Assembly (NCBI GenBank): GCA_015680685.1
Contig: MNCI01002984.1
Location: 130,221-194,220, forward strand
Direction of reading: 5' to 3'
DNA length: 64,000 nucleotides
Source: Gnetum montanum
Taxonomy: Eukaryota > Plantae > Gnetophyta
A model generated the notes under the pieces. The model was not told the DNA's origin and searched no databases. It saw nothing but the letters and a program-made list of their open reading frames with translations. Position 1 is the first letter of the stretch; every line of letters starts with the position of its first letter. This document shows positions 1 to 11,952 of the stretch, one piece after another. Position numbers and translations under genes: made by a program.

Positions 1-1630
1 TGGATGCAAAATGGCCAAAGAAATTTGGGAAACATTAGATGCTACATATGAGGGAACTTCAATAGTTAAATAATCTAAATTGTTAGTTTTACAAAGTGAG
101 TATGATAAGCTTAAAAGGAGAGAAGATGAGAAAATAGAAGATTACTTCTGTAGAGTAAATGGTCACATTGTGGCCCTTAGAGGTACTAGTAAAGATTTTC
201 TGGAAAGTGACGTTATTATAAAAATGATTAGAACTTTATAGCCAAAATTTAGACCAAAGGTAACTACAATGGAAGAAATTAGGAATTTTTCTAAACTTAA
301 ATTTGAAGAGCTTCAAAGTGCTTTCATTGCTTATGAAATGAATCTCATAAGTGAAGGGGCAATTCAAGAAAAACTCATTGCTCTAAAAATAGCTTCAAAG
401 GAGAAAGAACTTGTAGATGAGGATAGTGAAGAGGAGATAGCCCTTCTCTTAAGAAAGTTACAAAGACTTATAGCAAAGAGGGGTAAGAACTTCAATCAGT
501 AGAGATCAAATCCATTCAAAGATAAAGAGAGAGGTAAAAATATTTCAAGTTCTAATTTTGGTTATTCTTCTAAAGAATGTTGGATTTATGGTGGAAAAGG
601 CCATATGGCCTTTGAATGTCCTAGTAATGGCAGGTTACGACAAATGAATAGATCAAACGAAGAGATGAAAAAGACCAACTTCTACACATGTTGGGATGAT
701 GGAAAGCAAAGTGAAGAAGAGGTAGAGGATGATGAGAAAAATTCACCTCATATTTGTAGGGCACTCACTAATGATGATGGTAACACCTTAGATGATAAAC
801 TCAATGAGGAAGAAAGGTTTGATTTGTTATGTATTGAGCTATTATCATTTCAAAATCTCTATAATAAGTTTAATAAGGAAGTTAGAATAAAGGATAAATA
901 AATCTCTTTATTGAATTCAAAAATTTCTAATCTTACCAAATAATTCTCAAACTTAAGGGTTGAGAATGAAAAACTAATCTTGTCTTATAAGTAGGCTAAA
1001 GTAGAAATTGTAAATCTCAAACTTTAGAATTAAAGGCTAGTGAAGGGAAACGAATTCCTTCGGATGGTATTAAAAAAGGAAGAAGTCCACATCATAAGAG
1101 TGGGCTGGGATGTTGTAAAAAAGATGAGTCACCTAGGTCAGTCCCATCTCAACTGAATGCTACTACAAAGAACAACACCACTACATCTTGATTAGAAGAA
1201 GCTTCCATCTGTAAAAAGGATCCTCAAAGGTTTGATCATTCCAATCATTCTTACTACAATAGGATGGTTAGATGCTATTATTGTCATAAATTTGAACATA
1301 AGCAATGGAAATGTAACTTAAAATTCTATCATTTAAATAGATAGTCATACCATATGAATCCTTGGTCTTACCAAAATGTACTAGGAAGGGAATTTATGCG
1401 GGACCAAAGGAGGAATTGGACTACTCAAAAAACCAAGGGGGTTAAGAAAGAATGGAGAGTTAAAAGGAGGGAATAAGAAAATGTGGAGACCTATAACAAA
1501 TTTATGAGAGTGAGCCAAGCCTTGGAGATAGAGGAAGTTTGTGCAAAATAAGAAACTGTGAAAGAGGAATCTCATTCTCTAGCACTATAAGCACTCCCAT
1601 TCCCTTCAACAAGAAAAGGTATGTAGAGGT
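1..1630 (+). pseudogene. gag: Degenerate copia (SIRE-type) gag
   Basis: AKEIWETLDATYEGTSIVK*SKL UBN2-type gag motif; two zinc knuckles, CWIYGGKGHMAFEC (~580-620) and CYYCHKFEHKQWKC (~1270-1315); many premature stops. Confidence 0.85.
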
Positions 1631-1729
1631 AAGTTTTCTTTTAATAATGTGTACCTTCTAAGACTATAGTCCTTGGTAGCCTTTTCAAAATCCCATCATG
1701 TTGAGCCTCATCTAGATGAAATTTCTTCC

Positions 1730-1935
1730 TAAAGACATCTACTAGGAGACATCTACTCTTGCTAAGAGATGTCTGCATGAAGATGTCTACTTGTCATCTC
1801 CGACAACATGGCAGAGACATCTATTGTAAAAAGAAGACATCTACCTTGATTTTTAATCATGGAGGAGATGTTTATCTTCTAGTATAAATTTCTTCTTTCT
1901 AGTTAAAAATACTTTGTTCAGTGTTGCTATAAAAG
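1730..1935 (+). promoter_or_regulatory. Array of AGACGTCT-derived palindromes followed by TATA-like boxes upstream of the extra ORF
   Basis: About 7 AGACATCT/AGATGTCT-like motifs at 1734-1873, then TATAAAT (~1883) and TATAAAA (~1928); ATG at 2023. Confidence 0.55.
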
Positions 1936-2022
1936 TTAAAACCCTCATTGCTTATCTTGTTCTTTGAAGATGATCTCATAGAGACAACTAGGGCTCCACC
2001 AATGATAGCAATTTAAGTAACA

Positions 2023-3666
2023 ATGGCCTACAAAAAGGTTGGAATGTCTAGGCCATCACAAAAGAAGAGATCAAGAGAAAGTTCCAATAGCACATCAAGC
2101 TCCTACATGCTCCAATTCAAAAGTACCAATGCCTAGCATTAGTTGAGGTAACTCGAACCATGAGTATCATCTTTAAGCACTCCTTGTCTTTTCCTTTGCA
2201 CATGCAAAAAACTTTGATGGAATATTTTAACGTTTTAAACTAGAGGGATTTCATTACAATGAATTCCCTAGTTCTAGAAGTGTTAATTATAGAGTTTGTT
2301 TACAATTTTGTGATATCCAATGTTATTGTTGGATCATTCACATTCATGGTTCGGGGTCTTGTCATTGAGGTGTCTTCCCAAGTTGTGAATGCACTCCTTA
2401 AGATTTCCAATGTAGATGTTTTCTAAGTGACCATTGATACGATGAATGATATTTATACAAATAGTATAATTCCCATGAGTCATGATGAGTTTTGTGATGC
2501 CTTGTTTCGAGAAGCTATGTCTTTTGATAGAGGAAAAATTAATAGGAACAAAATATCTCTTGATGCTTCTACTTTGTTCCTTATTATGCTCTATAACATT
2601 ATTGCAAAAGTGGAAGCTATAGCTATCTACTATTACCCCAAGCTTTAGTGCTCTACTACCTTCTTATAGGATACCCATCGGACTTGGGGCATACTCTCTA
2701 CTGAGACATGGTAAGTTTTTATGTGAATGCGAAAATCCTTGGGTACCCCTATATCATTAGTTTGTTGATTCATTAGAAGGGTGTACCTATTCTTGAGATT
2801 CCTTTGTTCAAAGGAAAGCAGAGCCTTAATGAATATGCTAAGAAGAGGATCCTTTCTCATGCAAAAGTAGCAGGACCAAGCACTAAGCCACCTCCATCAA
2901 AAAAGAAGAAGAAAGTGACATCATCATCTAGGGCCTCACCTTAATTAAGTAGGTCCTAATCTACTAGCACATAGCTTAGATCCTCCCTAAAGAAGCTACT
3001 TTATCCATTTGCCCATGCTATTGGGATGCTTGGGAGGAATCACTCTTATATACGTAAGAGAATGGATGATTCTGACATGCGTCTTCCTCTACATGGGTAG
3101 CAATTCAAGTAGGTCACTACTCCTATTTCTGATAGTGAGGTAGATATTCTTACACCATCAAGGCATTCCACTATAGTTGGATCTTATCGTGCATATGACT
3201 CAGTGATAGAGTCAAACCATGAGCCTTATGCACCTCCTGATCACATCCAAAGAGAGCATCATGTTTCCATGAAACCTAAGCATCATGATCCCACATAACC
3301 TACACATCATGTTTCACCTTTAGGTGATGCTCCTAGATCTCTTGAACAATAGGCCATGGAGAGCATCTCTGGGACCATGTCCCAATGGGTACCTGTTGAT
3401 GTTACTTATTAGATAAAGGAAGCTGTCTCATCTTTCTAGTAGGCTCTAGATTAGCTTGATGCACTAGCTTCATCTTAGTTTCAAGTAAAGCTTTGTCCTT
3501 AGAGGGCCCCTATTCAACAAATAAAGTCTTTAGATCATCATGAGTAGCATTCCACTAGCTCTAGCACCAACAGTAATGATGATGAGGAGGAGACTTATTG
3601 TCCATCCATATTAGTGGCTAATTAAGAGTTTGATGATGCAATTGAGGTTAGTGGTAGGATCCTTAG
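2023..3666 (+). pseudogene. Extra (env-like) ORF of element A, putative plant transposon protein (Transposase_32-like) domain
   Basis: MAYKKVG... start; LIIEFVYNF..FMVRGLVIEVSSQVVNALL and LYNIIAK..DLGHTL..M..LGYPYIISLL motifs; acidic C-terminus; collinear with 25543-27153. Confidence 0.7.
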
Positions 3667-3668
3667 GT

Positions 3669-3670
<2 letters not shown>

Positions 3671-3715
<45 letters not shown>
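3671..3715. repeat. (TC)n microsatellite
   Basis: Direct reading of about 20 TC units. Confidence 0.95.
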
Positions 3716-4118
3716 CTTTTTGCTGATGCCCAAACTAAGGAAGAAATTTGAAGATGTTCACATATGTGATTTTTGTGGATTTGCACATATGTGATTTTTG
3801 TATATGATGTAGCCATTGTATGGATAGTTATATAGACAGATGAGGATGTTTTATGATATAGACTAATGGTGTTCATTTTTGTTATCTCTACGTGATGCAC
3901 TTCTTGGAGACAAGTTTTACTTTTGCATGGTATCATATTCGATCTTATCACCCTTCCCTATGCCTTATGAGCTTCTTAAACCTTAGAGCTTTTATCCTAG
4001 TCCCTAGTTGCCATTGAAATTTATATTTCTTAACATTTTAATGCTATTTTTAGTATTTTTTTGGTTTATCATCTCACCCATTTTCTTAAGTTTTGGACAT
4101 CACCAAAAAGGAGAAGAT

Positions 4119-5360
4119 TGTTAACCTTTTGGTATGTCAAAATATTAAGGAAAAGTAAGAACATAGAATGATTTTTGGAGTGTGATGTTTTTGTAGGGTA
4201 TGAAGAAGAGCTTAAGAGATGAAATCTACAAAGAGATGTCAAAGTGAAGACCATAAGGACTTGCTAGATATGAATGAAGACTTAAGGAATGAAAGCTACA
4301 ACAAGATGTAAAAGTGAAGACTACAATGACTTCATTAGAAAAGTGGGAGCAAGGAAAAACAAGAAGATGATAGTGAAATGAAGACATTCCAAGAATTGGG
4401 AAGAAAAATAAACAAAAGGAAGCTTCAGGAACCAAGTTCAAAAGCTGATAAGATGTCTTCCAAAAGTAGAAGACATCTTGGCTAAAGTGCAAAAGAACTA
4501 GAGAAGATATCTTGCTAAAACAATAGATGTCTCTTGTCTAAAGAAAATGTCTACATGAAGATGTCTCCTCAAGGATGTCTCCTTTGGTGGAGAGACATCT
4601 CCCCTAAACTAAATTCTATGCAGTGAGACATCTCAATCTTGAAGAAGATGTCTCCCCTAACCATTAGATAGTTGTTGCATGAATTCTGAGGTGATTTCAA
4701 AAACTTCAAGGCTATAAGAAGACTTCATTATCTTGGGCATTGTGTAGGTTTTATGTTCAAGAAAGTTTCAATGTCAAGCAATTATTATGTACATTATTTT
4801 ACTATATTTGTGTACCTGATTGTACTATCTGTTGTACTATTGTAAGTGATCAATTATGTTGTGCCTCAAAGTACAAGGACAAGCAAATTAGTTGCATACT
4901 TTCCTAGTAATTTTTGTTTCTCTTTCTTGTTGCCTTGCTAGGGTTGATTTGCTTCCTGAAAAAAGGCATCATCCTTAAGCTTTTCAAGATCCTATTGCGA
5001 TTAAGTGTTTGTATACTTTCACAACACTCCAGAGTGGAGCTCAAGTTGTAAAGGTTGTGGAATCTTGGAAATCACATTCTAAGTTTGTTGAGACCTTGCA
5101 AGGTTAAGAGGATTCACAGTGACGAATCACTCTAGAGTGAAGCTTAGAGTTTGTATAGGGTGTAGTATCCTTCAAATCACATTTTGAGAACAACAAAGTT
5201 TGAAGCTATGCAAGTGATCTACCCTCCTCGTGTGGAGTACTCAAGTTGGGAAACCACGTAAAATTTGTGTGTGCTTTCTGTTGAAGAATTTTTGATTTGG
5301 GAAACTTATTCATTTCCCATATCCCCGCCCCCCCTACAAATATAAGTTCTACAATCCTCA
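4119..5360 (+). repeat. 3' LTR of element A (~1.24 kb)
   Basis: TG...CA termini immediately after the PPT; C-rich tract near the 3' end, as in Sirevirus LTRs; homologous to 6625-7726 (minus) and 27663-28802. Confidence 0.85.
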
Positions 5361-5799
5361 TTGCTGTGATAAGAACCATATTACTTTGATGATGAGGATC
5401 TCTTACTTATAGAAATTGATGAGGAATGGAGTGATGGGGAAGGAAATGCATGACATGATCTTACTACTATTACATAAATTGTCTTTGGATATTATGATAG
5501 TATAGGATATAATCCAAATAACAAAGTTGGATTTTATACATAACTAACAAATTTATTAATGAGAAATATTAAAATCATTTACACATACGAGTAATGATCT
5601 AATTTTTTTTAGAAACAGAAAGATATGAAAAAGTATAGAAAAATAAGAGAAATTTGTAAGAAACGAAAATGTATTAAGAAATAGAAAAAGTGAAAGAATG
5701 ATGTAAAATAAAAAAGTAAAAAATTTTCTTTACAACATATCAATTGGGATGATATCTTCCTCATGACTAGGATGGAAGGTGAAGATATAAAAAATGAAG

Positions 5800-8700
5800 T
5801 CCACTTTGGAAGTAATAGAGGCTACTATTGAGTGTGTAGCTACTTGAAAATCCATGAATGGTTTGACCTATTGCATGTTGATAAAAATGATTCTTTATGA
5901 GTAGTTAGGATGGTAGACTTACATGATTCTAGATTAGAATGTAAAATGTATGATGTAAAGTTCTTTCCATAATATTTGTAACTTGATGCATTAAGACATA
6001 TAAGTGACATTCTAATAGAGACCCTTGTTTTTTTAGTGAAATTCTACATGTAGGATCCTAGCATCATGATGTTGTTTATGTATTCTTTGTATTTCTTATT
6101 CATCATGAGTGCTATGCTACAATTTTCATCTAGCACATTAAGGTTCATAAGGTATTTTTTATGTTAGACTAACGTCAAGGTTAAGCTCACTAGCAATGTT
6201 TAGAATGCAAAGTTTGATTTGAATCAATAGTTTAAACAACTTATTGTACACTAACTCATATGGAGAATAGCCTACAGGAAGCTTCCATGTGGAGTGATAG
6301 ACCCATAAAGAATCATTGGGATTTGTGCTCTAATCCTTCCTATGCTTGATAATCATTCTAGTAATGATCTATGTGATTTTCCAATTGGTTACTTCAACAT
6401 GATCATTAGCTTGAGGATGGTAAGGTGTTGTTAGTTTATGCTATATCCCTAAGAATGTCATTAGTTTCTTAAAAGTAGAATTTATAAAATGAGATTCATT
6501 GTTAAAAATGAGTGTCCTTGGCATACCAAAATTGTTTACCACTTGTTATTAAATGAATCTAGTGGTTGTTATCATAGTGCAATTATTTACTTTTGCAATG
6601 TTTTTCCATCCTACTATAATAATGTGAGGATCATTGAACTTAGAGGGCGGCAGGGAAGACGAGGGGGGGAGATGAATATGTTCCTGAAATGAAATTCTTT
6701 GACACAAAGTACAAACTAATTTTAATGCGGTTCCCCAACCTGGGTAGTCCACACTCGGAGGGTATGTTTCAAGCACACCTTAGACCTTGTTCCTTCCAAA
6801 TTATGGTTTGAAGGGTACCATACCCTATACAAGCTCTAAGATCTACTCCATAGTGATTTGTTGCTATGAATACAGTCAATCTCATAAGGTCCCGTTAAGC
6901 TTAGAATGTGGTTTTAAGGATCCCTCTATCTTTACAACTTTGAACTCCACTCTAAAGTGTTGTGGTGCTACATGAACACTCAATTCCATAGGATCCTAAC
7001 AAGTTCAATCAAGATTCCTTCCTACAAGAAGCACATCAATCTTGTAGGGCAACAAAAGAGAACAACAATCACAAGAAAATAATGCAACTAAGTTTGTTGA
7101 TCCTTACACTTTGAGACACAACTTACTTTGACCAATTATAAATAGACAAATGATTGTATAATTAGGAACAATAATGAATATAATAATTACTTAATAATTA
7201 CACAATGATAGTAGAAAATCTTACACTTTTTCTAATGACAATGATGTCTTCTTATAGCCACTATGTTTCCAAATTCATCTTGAAACTCATGCAATAGCTA
7301 GCTAACGATCATAGAAGACATCGTTTTCATGACTGAGATGTCTTTCTACATTTGGCCTTTATTCTAGGAAGAAGTATTTGTCTAGTGAAAGACGTCTTTC
7401 TGTAACTAGCCTTCATTCTAGGAACAAGTCTTTATCTGGTGAAATACATCTTTGTTTGATGAAAGATGTTTACTGTTTTGTAGAGATGTCTTTGCTTGTG
7501 CTACCTTCAATTTTGTCAAGATATCTTCTATTTCCTAGAGTTACTTTCTTCAACTCCCTTTGTCATTTGAAATCTTTATTCCTTATCCATGTTCATCGAA
7601 CTTCCACATGCCTTCTTGTTTATGAAGCCCTTGTTCTTACATAATCTTGCCCTGTAAACATAACATCACAAAAACATCCTAAGTTCTTAATTTTCCTTAA
7701 ATTTTTTATGTACCAAAAGGTCAACACAATGATGTATGACTACTCATTAGACATGAGTCTATTAGGACCAATGAAATTAATTCTCCATAAGTTGAATGGT
7801 TTCAATGGTTGGATCTAGTGTTAAGAACCCTCAATCTTGGTAGTTATCTAATCATCATGTTGATACTATTCATAGGAATGAGCAAAGAAATGAGCATCTT
7901 TGAAAATTGTTAGCCAAAAATTTTCTACCATGAGGATATTATGATTGTTCACCCTCCAATATAGTGGCCTTCACAAGATCCCTTGTGAGCATCTTAGAGA
8001 ATTCTCAATTTATCATTTTCCAGTACACACCATTAAACTAGGTCATGTACATGGACTTTATAGATGTTTCCCTTTATATCCATGTAGTATTTGACCTAAT
8101 ATAGGAATTTATGCTTTTTTCATTTTTCTCATTTATTAGGCACATCCTCTGTAAGCAAGTAGGTGAGATAATTTGCATACTAGGGATTTAAAGCTTTTGA
8201 TGAAAACACCATGACTTTTGGAAATAAAAACTTATTTGGAAATTGATAAAAGAATTGGTTTTTCATTCGGCTTATTTTCCCCTCATAATTAAGAAAAATG
8301 ATATGCTATAACATTCTTGATTTTCTTTATATCAACCATTGGTATATCAAATTCATGGAAAATCACTAGCCATCATATGATATGAGGGCTAATTGTTAGC
8401 TTGTTCATAAGATACTAGATCATACTATGATCAATATGTACAAAAGATGGAAATTCAATCATATAGTAACTGAATTTTTCTTTGACATACACCACAAACT
8501 TGAGTTTTGTTTCCATTGTGATGTAGTTCATCTATGTACGTATAACACTTTTATTTTTGCAGAGGATATAGTAAGGGTATTTCTAATCATCTAATTGCAT
8601 GAACATGATTTTTAAGGTAAAATTAGATGCATCTATCATAATATGAAAGGGTTTGGACTAATTAGAAACTTGTAGGATTAAGGTTTCTATAAGATTATAT

Positions 8701-9944
8701 TTCAAAAGTTTAAATGCTAATTGTATTCCTTCTTCTATTTAAGTGATACATTATTTTTTATCAATTTCAACAATGGTTTGAAAATATTGAAAAACATTTC
8801 AATGAATCTCCTATAGTAGCTAGTGTATTTAAGAAAAAATCTAACATCCTTCATTATTTGTGATCTTTGTATACTTTCTTGGATCACACAAATTTTTTTA
8901 GAATATTCCTCTATCTCTTTTTATGAGACTTGATGTCCAAGAATAATGTCCTCCTAGACCAATATATGGCTTTTCTAATAGTTGAGCTTAAGATTGGTTT
9001 CTATATAATGATTCAATACTTGTTTTAGATAGTTTAGTGGCTACTCAATATTAAAGCCATAGGTGAAGTGATCTATGAAAACTTTCTAAGTTTATCTTTT
9101 ATTTCCAGTTACTAGGCAGTGCCTACCACTTACTTCACCACTTATATTTTTCTAGAAGATACTAAAAATGAGGCATTGGAATGTTGCAGGAGCATTACAT
9201 ATGACAAAAGACATATTCTTTTAAGAAAAATTCTCCTAGGAACTTGTAAATGCAGTCTTTTCTTAGTCTTCTAGGGCTATTTGAATTTGATTATAGCCAT
9301 TATAGACATCCAAGAAGCTGTAATACTCATGGCTTGTAATGGTATCCAAAACTTGGTCTATAAATGTTAATAGAAACTAGTTCTTGAAAGTTGTCATGTT
9401 TAATAGTCAGAAACAAATATTGATCTTCCATTGTTCCTCTTTCTTTAGCATAATTACAAGAGGGCTTACCCACTCATTGTCAGCTATAAGATAAATCTAT
9501 CATACTTTTATAAGCTTTTGAATTTCTTTCTTAATAACCTTCTTCAACTTGGGATTCAAACTATGTTGTGCTTGTTGTTCTGGCTTAATGGTTGTATTTG
9601 TATAAATTCTATATTGGAATATGCATGGATCTATCCCTGTTATTTCATCACATGACCCTGTTATTTCATCACATGACTAGGAAAAGGCTATTAACCACTT
9701 GTTAAAAACCTCTAATAACTTCTACTTTTTCTCTTATGTGAGTTGGACATTCATGATTACAAGTTTACCATTTTTAGGAATACATACTTAAGAGATTTTA
9801 GGAATCTTTTAAGTTCTATGGATTATGGTTATGTTATCTCAAAAATTTCCAACTTTCCCTAGTCCACTTTCTCTTTTCATCTATTTTTTGCATGGAAATG
9901 TTATTTTTTAAGCTATTCCATCTCACTCATTCTATTCATGTATG
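5800..9944 (-). pseudogene. pol: Gypsy (Athila-like) pol: RT, RNase H, integrase; interrupted by a solo LTR
   Basis: Minus-strand motifs CNAPATFQC..VFIDHFT (RT), KPFHIMIDASNF (RH), PFNLWRINFIGP (IN core) and FINMQ*VKPF (IN end). Confidence 0.85.
6625..7726 (-). mobile_element. Solo LTR of the element-A family
   Basis: Reverse complement of the A LTR termini; flanked by TAATG/CAATG (4/5 TSD); integrase reads through on both sides. Confidence 0.85.
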
Positions 9945-11785
9945 TGTTGATGCATAAATTTGGGATGCACCAACACTAGAAAAGAAAAACTCTTTTAAGG
10001 AGACTATTGCCTAGGGTGCCTCCCATATGGGTATGAAAACTCTAGAATAGTCTTAGTTGGAGAGGGCTATGTGGCATTTTGAAAATAGTAAACCAAACTG
10101 AAAAATCTAAGATTTAAATTAAATGATTATCTTAAATGCAATAAGTAACTAAAAGAATAAATTTTTCTTGGTTCTGGCTACTACCACTAGTCTATCATTA
10201 CTGCTAGGGCTCATTGTCGAGTAAGAAAACTATAAACACCACAAAAGAGGAAGAGAGAAGAGGCTAGATCCTAGGCCGCCACTTGGTGCACATGCCTACT
10301 ATTGTCTACTTACAACACTGTGGTAAGAGAAAGAGAAATTTGTCCTGGTTTCTCACTACCGTTGTTATGTGTCTGAGAGAGCAAGGGAGAGAAAACTGCT
10401 ACAGATGAGAGAAGAGGGGAGACCATGCTATCAGTAGTCTGTTGTCATCTACCACCTCACATCTGCAAAGAATGAATAATACATAACTATAAAACCTACC
10501 TACCACTACTGGTATAGCCGCCAACACTACTCTCACACCTGCCAGTGGTGCAGAGAGAGGAATCTATCTCTACTATTATAGAGAAATAAATCTACTACTA
10601 TTGCACCTACACTATGTCGCACACATTGGTAGTGACCAGGTGAGGAGAGAAGGTTGCTTGCTAGGGCAAGAAAAGAGAAAGAAAACCACTACCTATTGGT
10701 TTTTTGCTGAAAAGAATAGAAAGAGATTGTCGCCTCCTCCTTGCTGGTGCTATCTTCCATGCAAAGGGAGAGACTTTTGCTGCTTTGGGTCTTGGTTTCC
10801 TCTGGATCTGATTTTTGAACCCTTGGATCCTCCTTAGACCCCCCGAAAGACCAATGACCCTATCAATCTTACTAAGTTTATCTTTTATTTCCACTGCCTA
10901 GTAACTGGCACCATCATCCTGCTATGTTACCTGTAACATCTACCACCTGGGAAACATCCACCATGATTGCCACCCCCACTAGTGAAATGCCTACCACTCA
11001 TTATTAGTTATAGCATTCATGTTCTCACCTGCCTTCCACATTTACACTAGCAATGCCTACCACTTACTTCACCACCCCACCTTACCATTCACATTTTTTC
11101 TATTGTGTAAACAAAATGGAGAACTACCTAGAGAATCCCAAACAAAAACAATCAATAAATATGAGTGATTCAATTTTAAATTTTATCATATATTGTGAAA
11201 ATGGAGGTGTAAATTTTTTTCTCTAATAATTTAACCAATGTAATAAAACCCATTGGAGATGAGGTTATTACGTACGACCTCATAAGCATTCAATTATCCT
11301 TCAAATCCAAATTATAACATATTTTTCCACATTGCAAATATGGAAGTAAATAGTTAACATAAAATAACATGTAAAATCTTAATATTCTACATTTTAATGA
11401 ATAACAAGCACTAATTATCAAACAAGATCCAAAGTTTAATGTCATATTCATATAAATGGAAGAGTAAACAAGTTTAGTTACATAGATAGACCATGAGTAA
11501 TGTCAATTTATACATGAGACCAATTCAGTGATTCACCAAAATGAATCTTACACAATTAAAATTTATATTTTCAAACCTAGAAATGTAGTGTCGCTTTGAA
11601 ATAATAAATTTATTTTTGATCTAGATGTGCTACAATCTTATACTTTTGTTAATAAAATTTCCTTGTTAAATTGTTAAGAAAAAAAATTACCTAAGTTACC
11701 TTAAAAGGAGGGGCTTTACCATTTGTTAAAGATTGATCTTTTAATTATGGCCCCATGCCTAGCATGGGTGATGTTGACATCAACA
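9945..11785. repeat. ~1.84-kb gypsy-type LTR (orientation uncertain)
   Basis: 8-bp terminal inverted repeat TGTTGATG...CATCAACA. The right flank can be read as a minus-strand PPT (AAAGTTTGGAGGCTAAG) or as a badly decayed plus-strand PBS. Confidence 0.6.
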
Positions 11786-11952
11786 CTTAGCCTCCAAACT
11801 TTAATTGCATGCAAGAGTAAGGACATAGGTTACCTTTTCTAAATTTTTTTAAAATAGCATATTTTGATGTTTTTTTTCTTTGTTATTTCTATTTCTTTTT
11901 ACTTAATCTCATAGTTTTATTTCAATAATCATATTTTATAGTTTTTGTTTTA

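Larger units (their letters stand above)
1..5360 (+). mobile_element. Sirevirus-like Ty1/copia element A (gag + extra ORF, no pol); 5' end outside window
   Basis: Order is copia gag, extra ORF, PPT CACCAAAAAGGAGAAGAT, then LTR TGTTAACC...AATCCTCA. Only ~400 bp separate gag from the extra ORF and they contain no PR/IN/RT/RH motifs. Confidence 0.85.

Noticed and set aside
3622-3951. ORF with an RE-repeat tract
   Set aside because: It is produced by the (TC)n microsatellite.
11786-11830. PBS for the 9945-11785 LTR
   Set aside because: There is only a weak resemblance to a tRNA-Arg PBS and the flank reads equally well as a minus-strand PPT, so it was not called.
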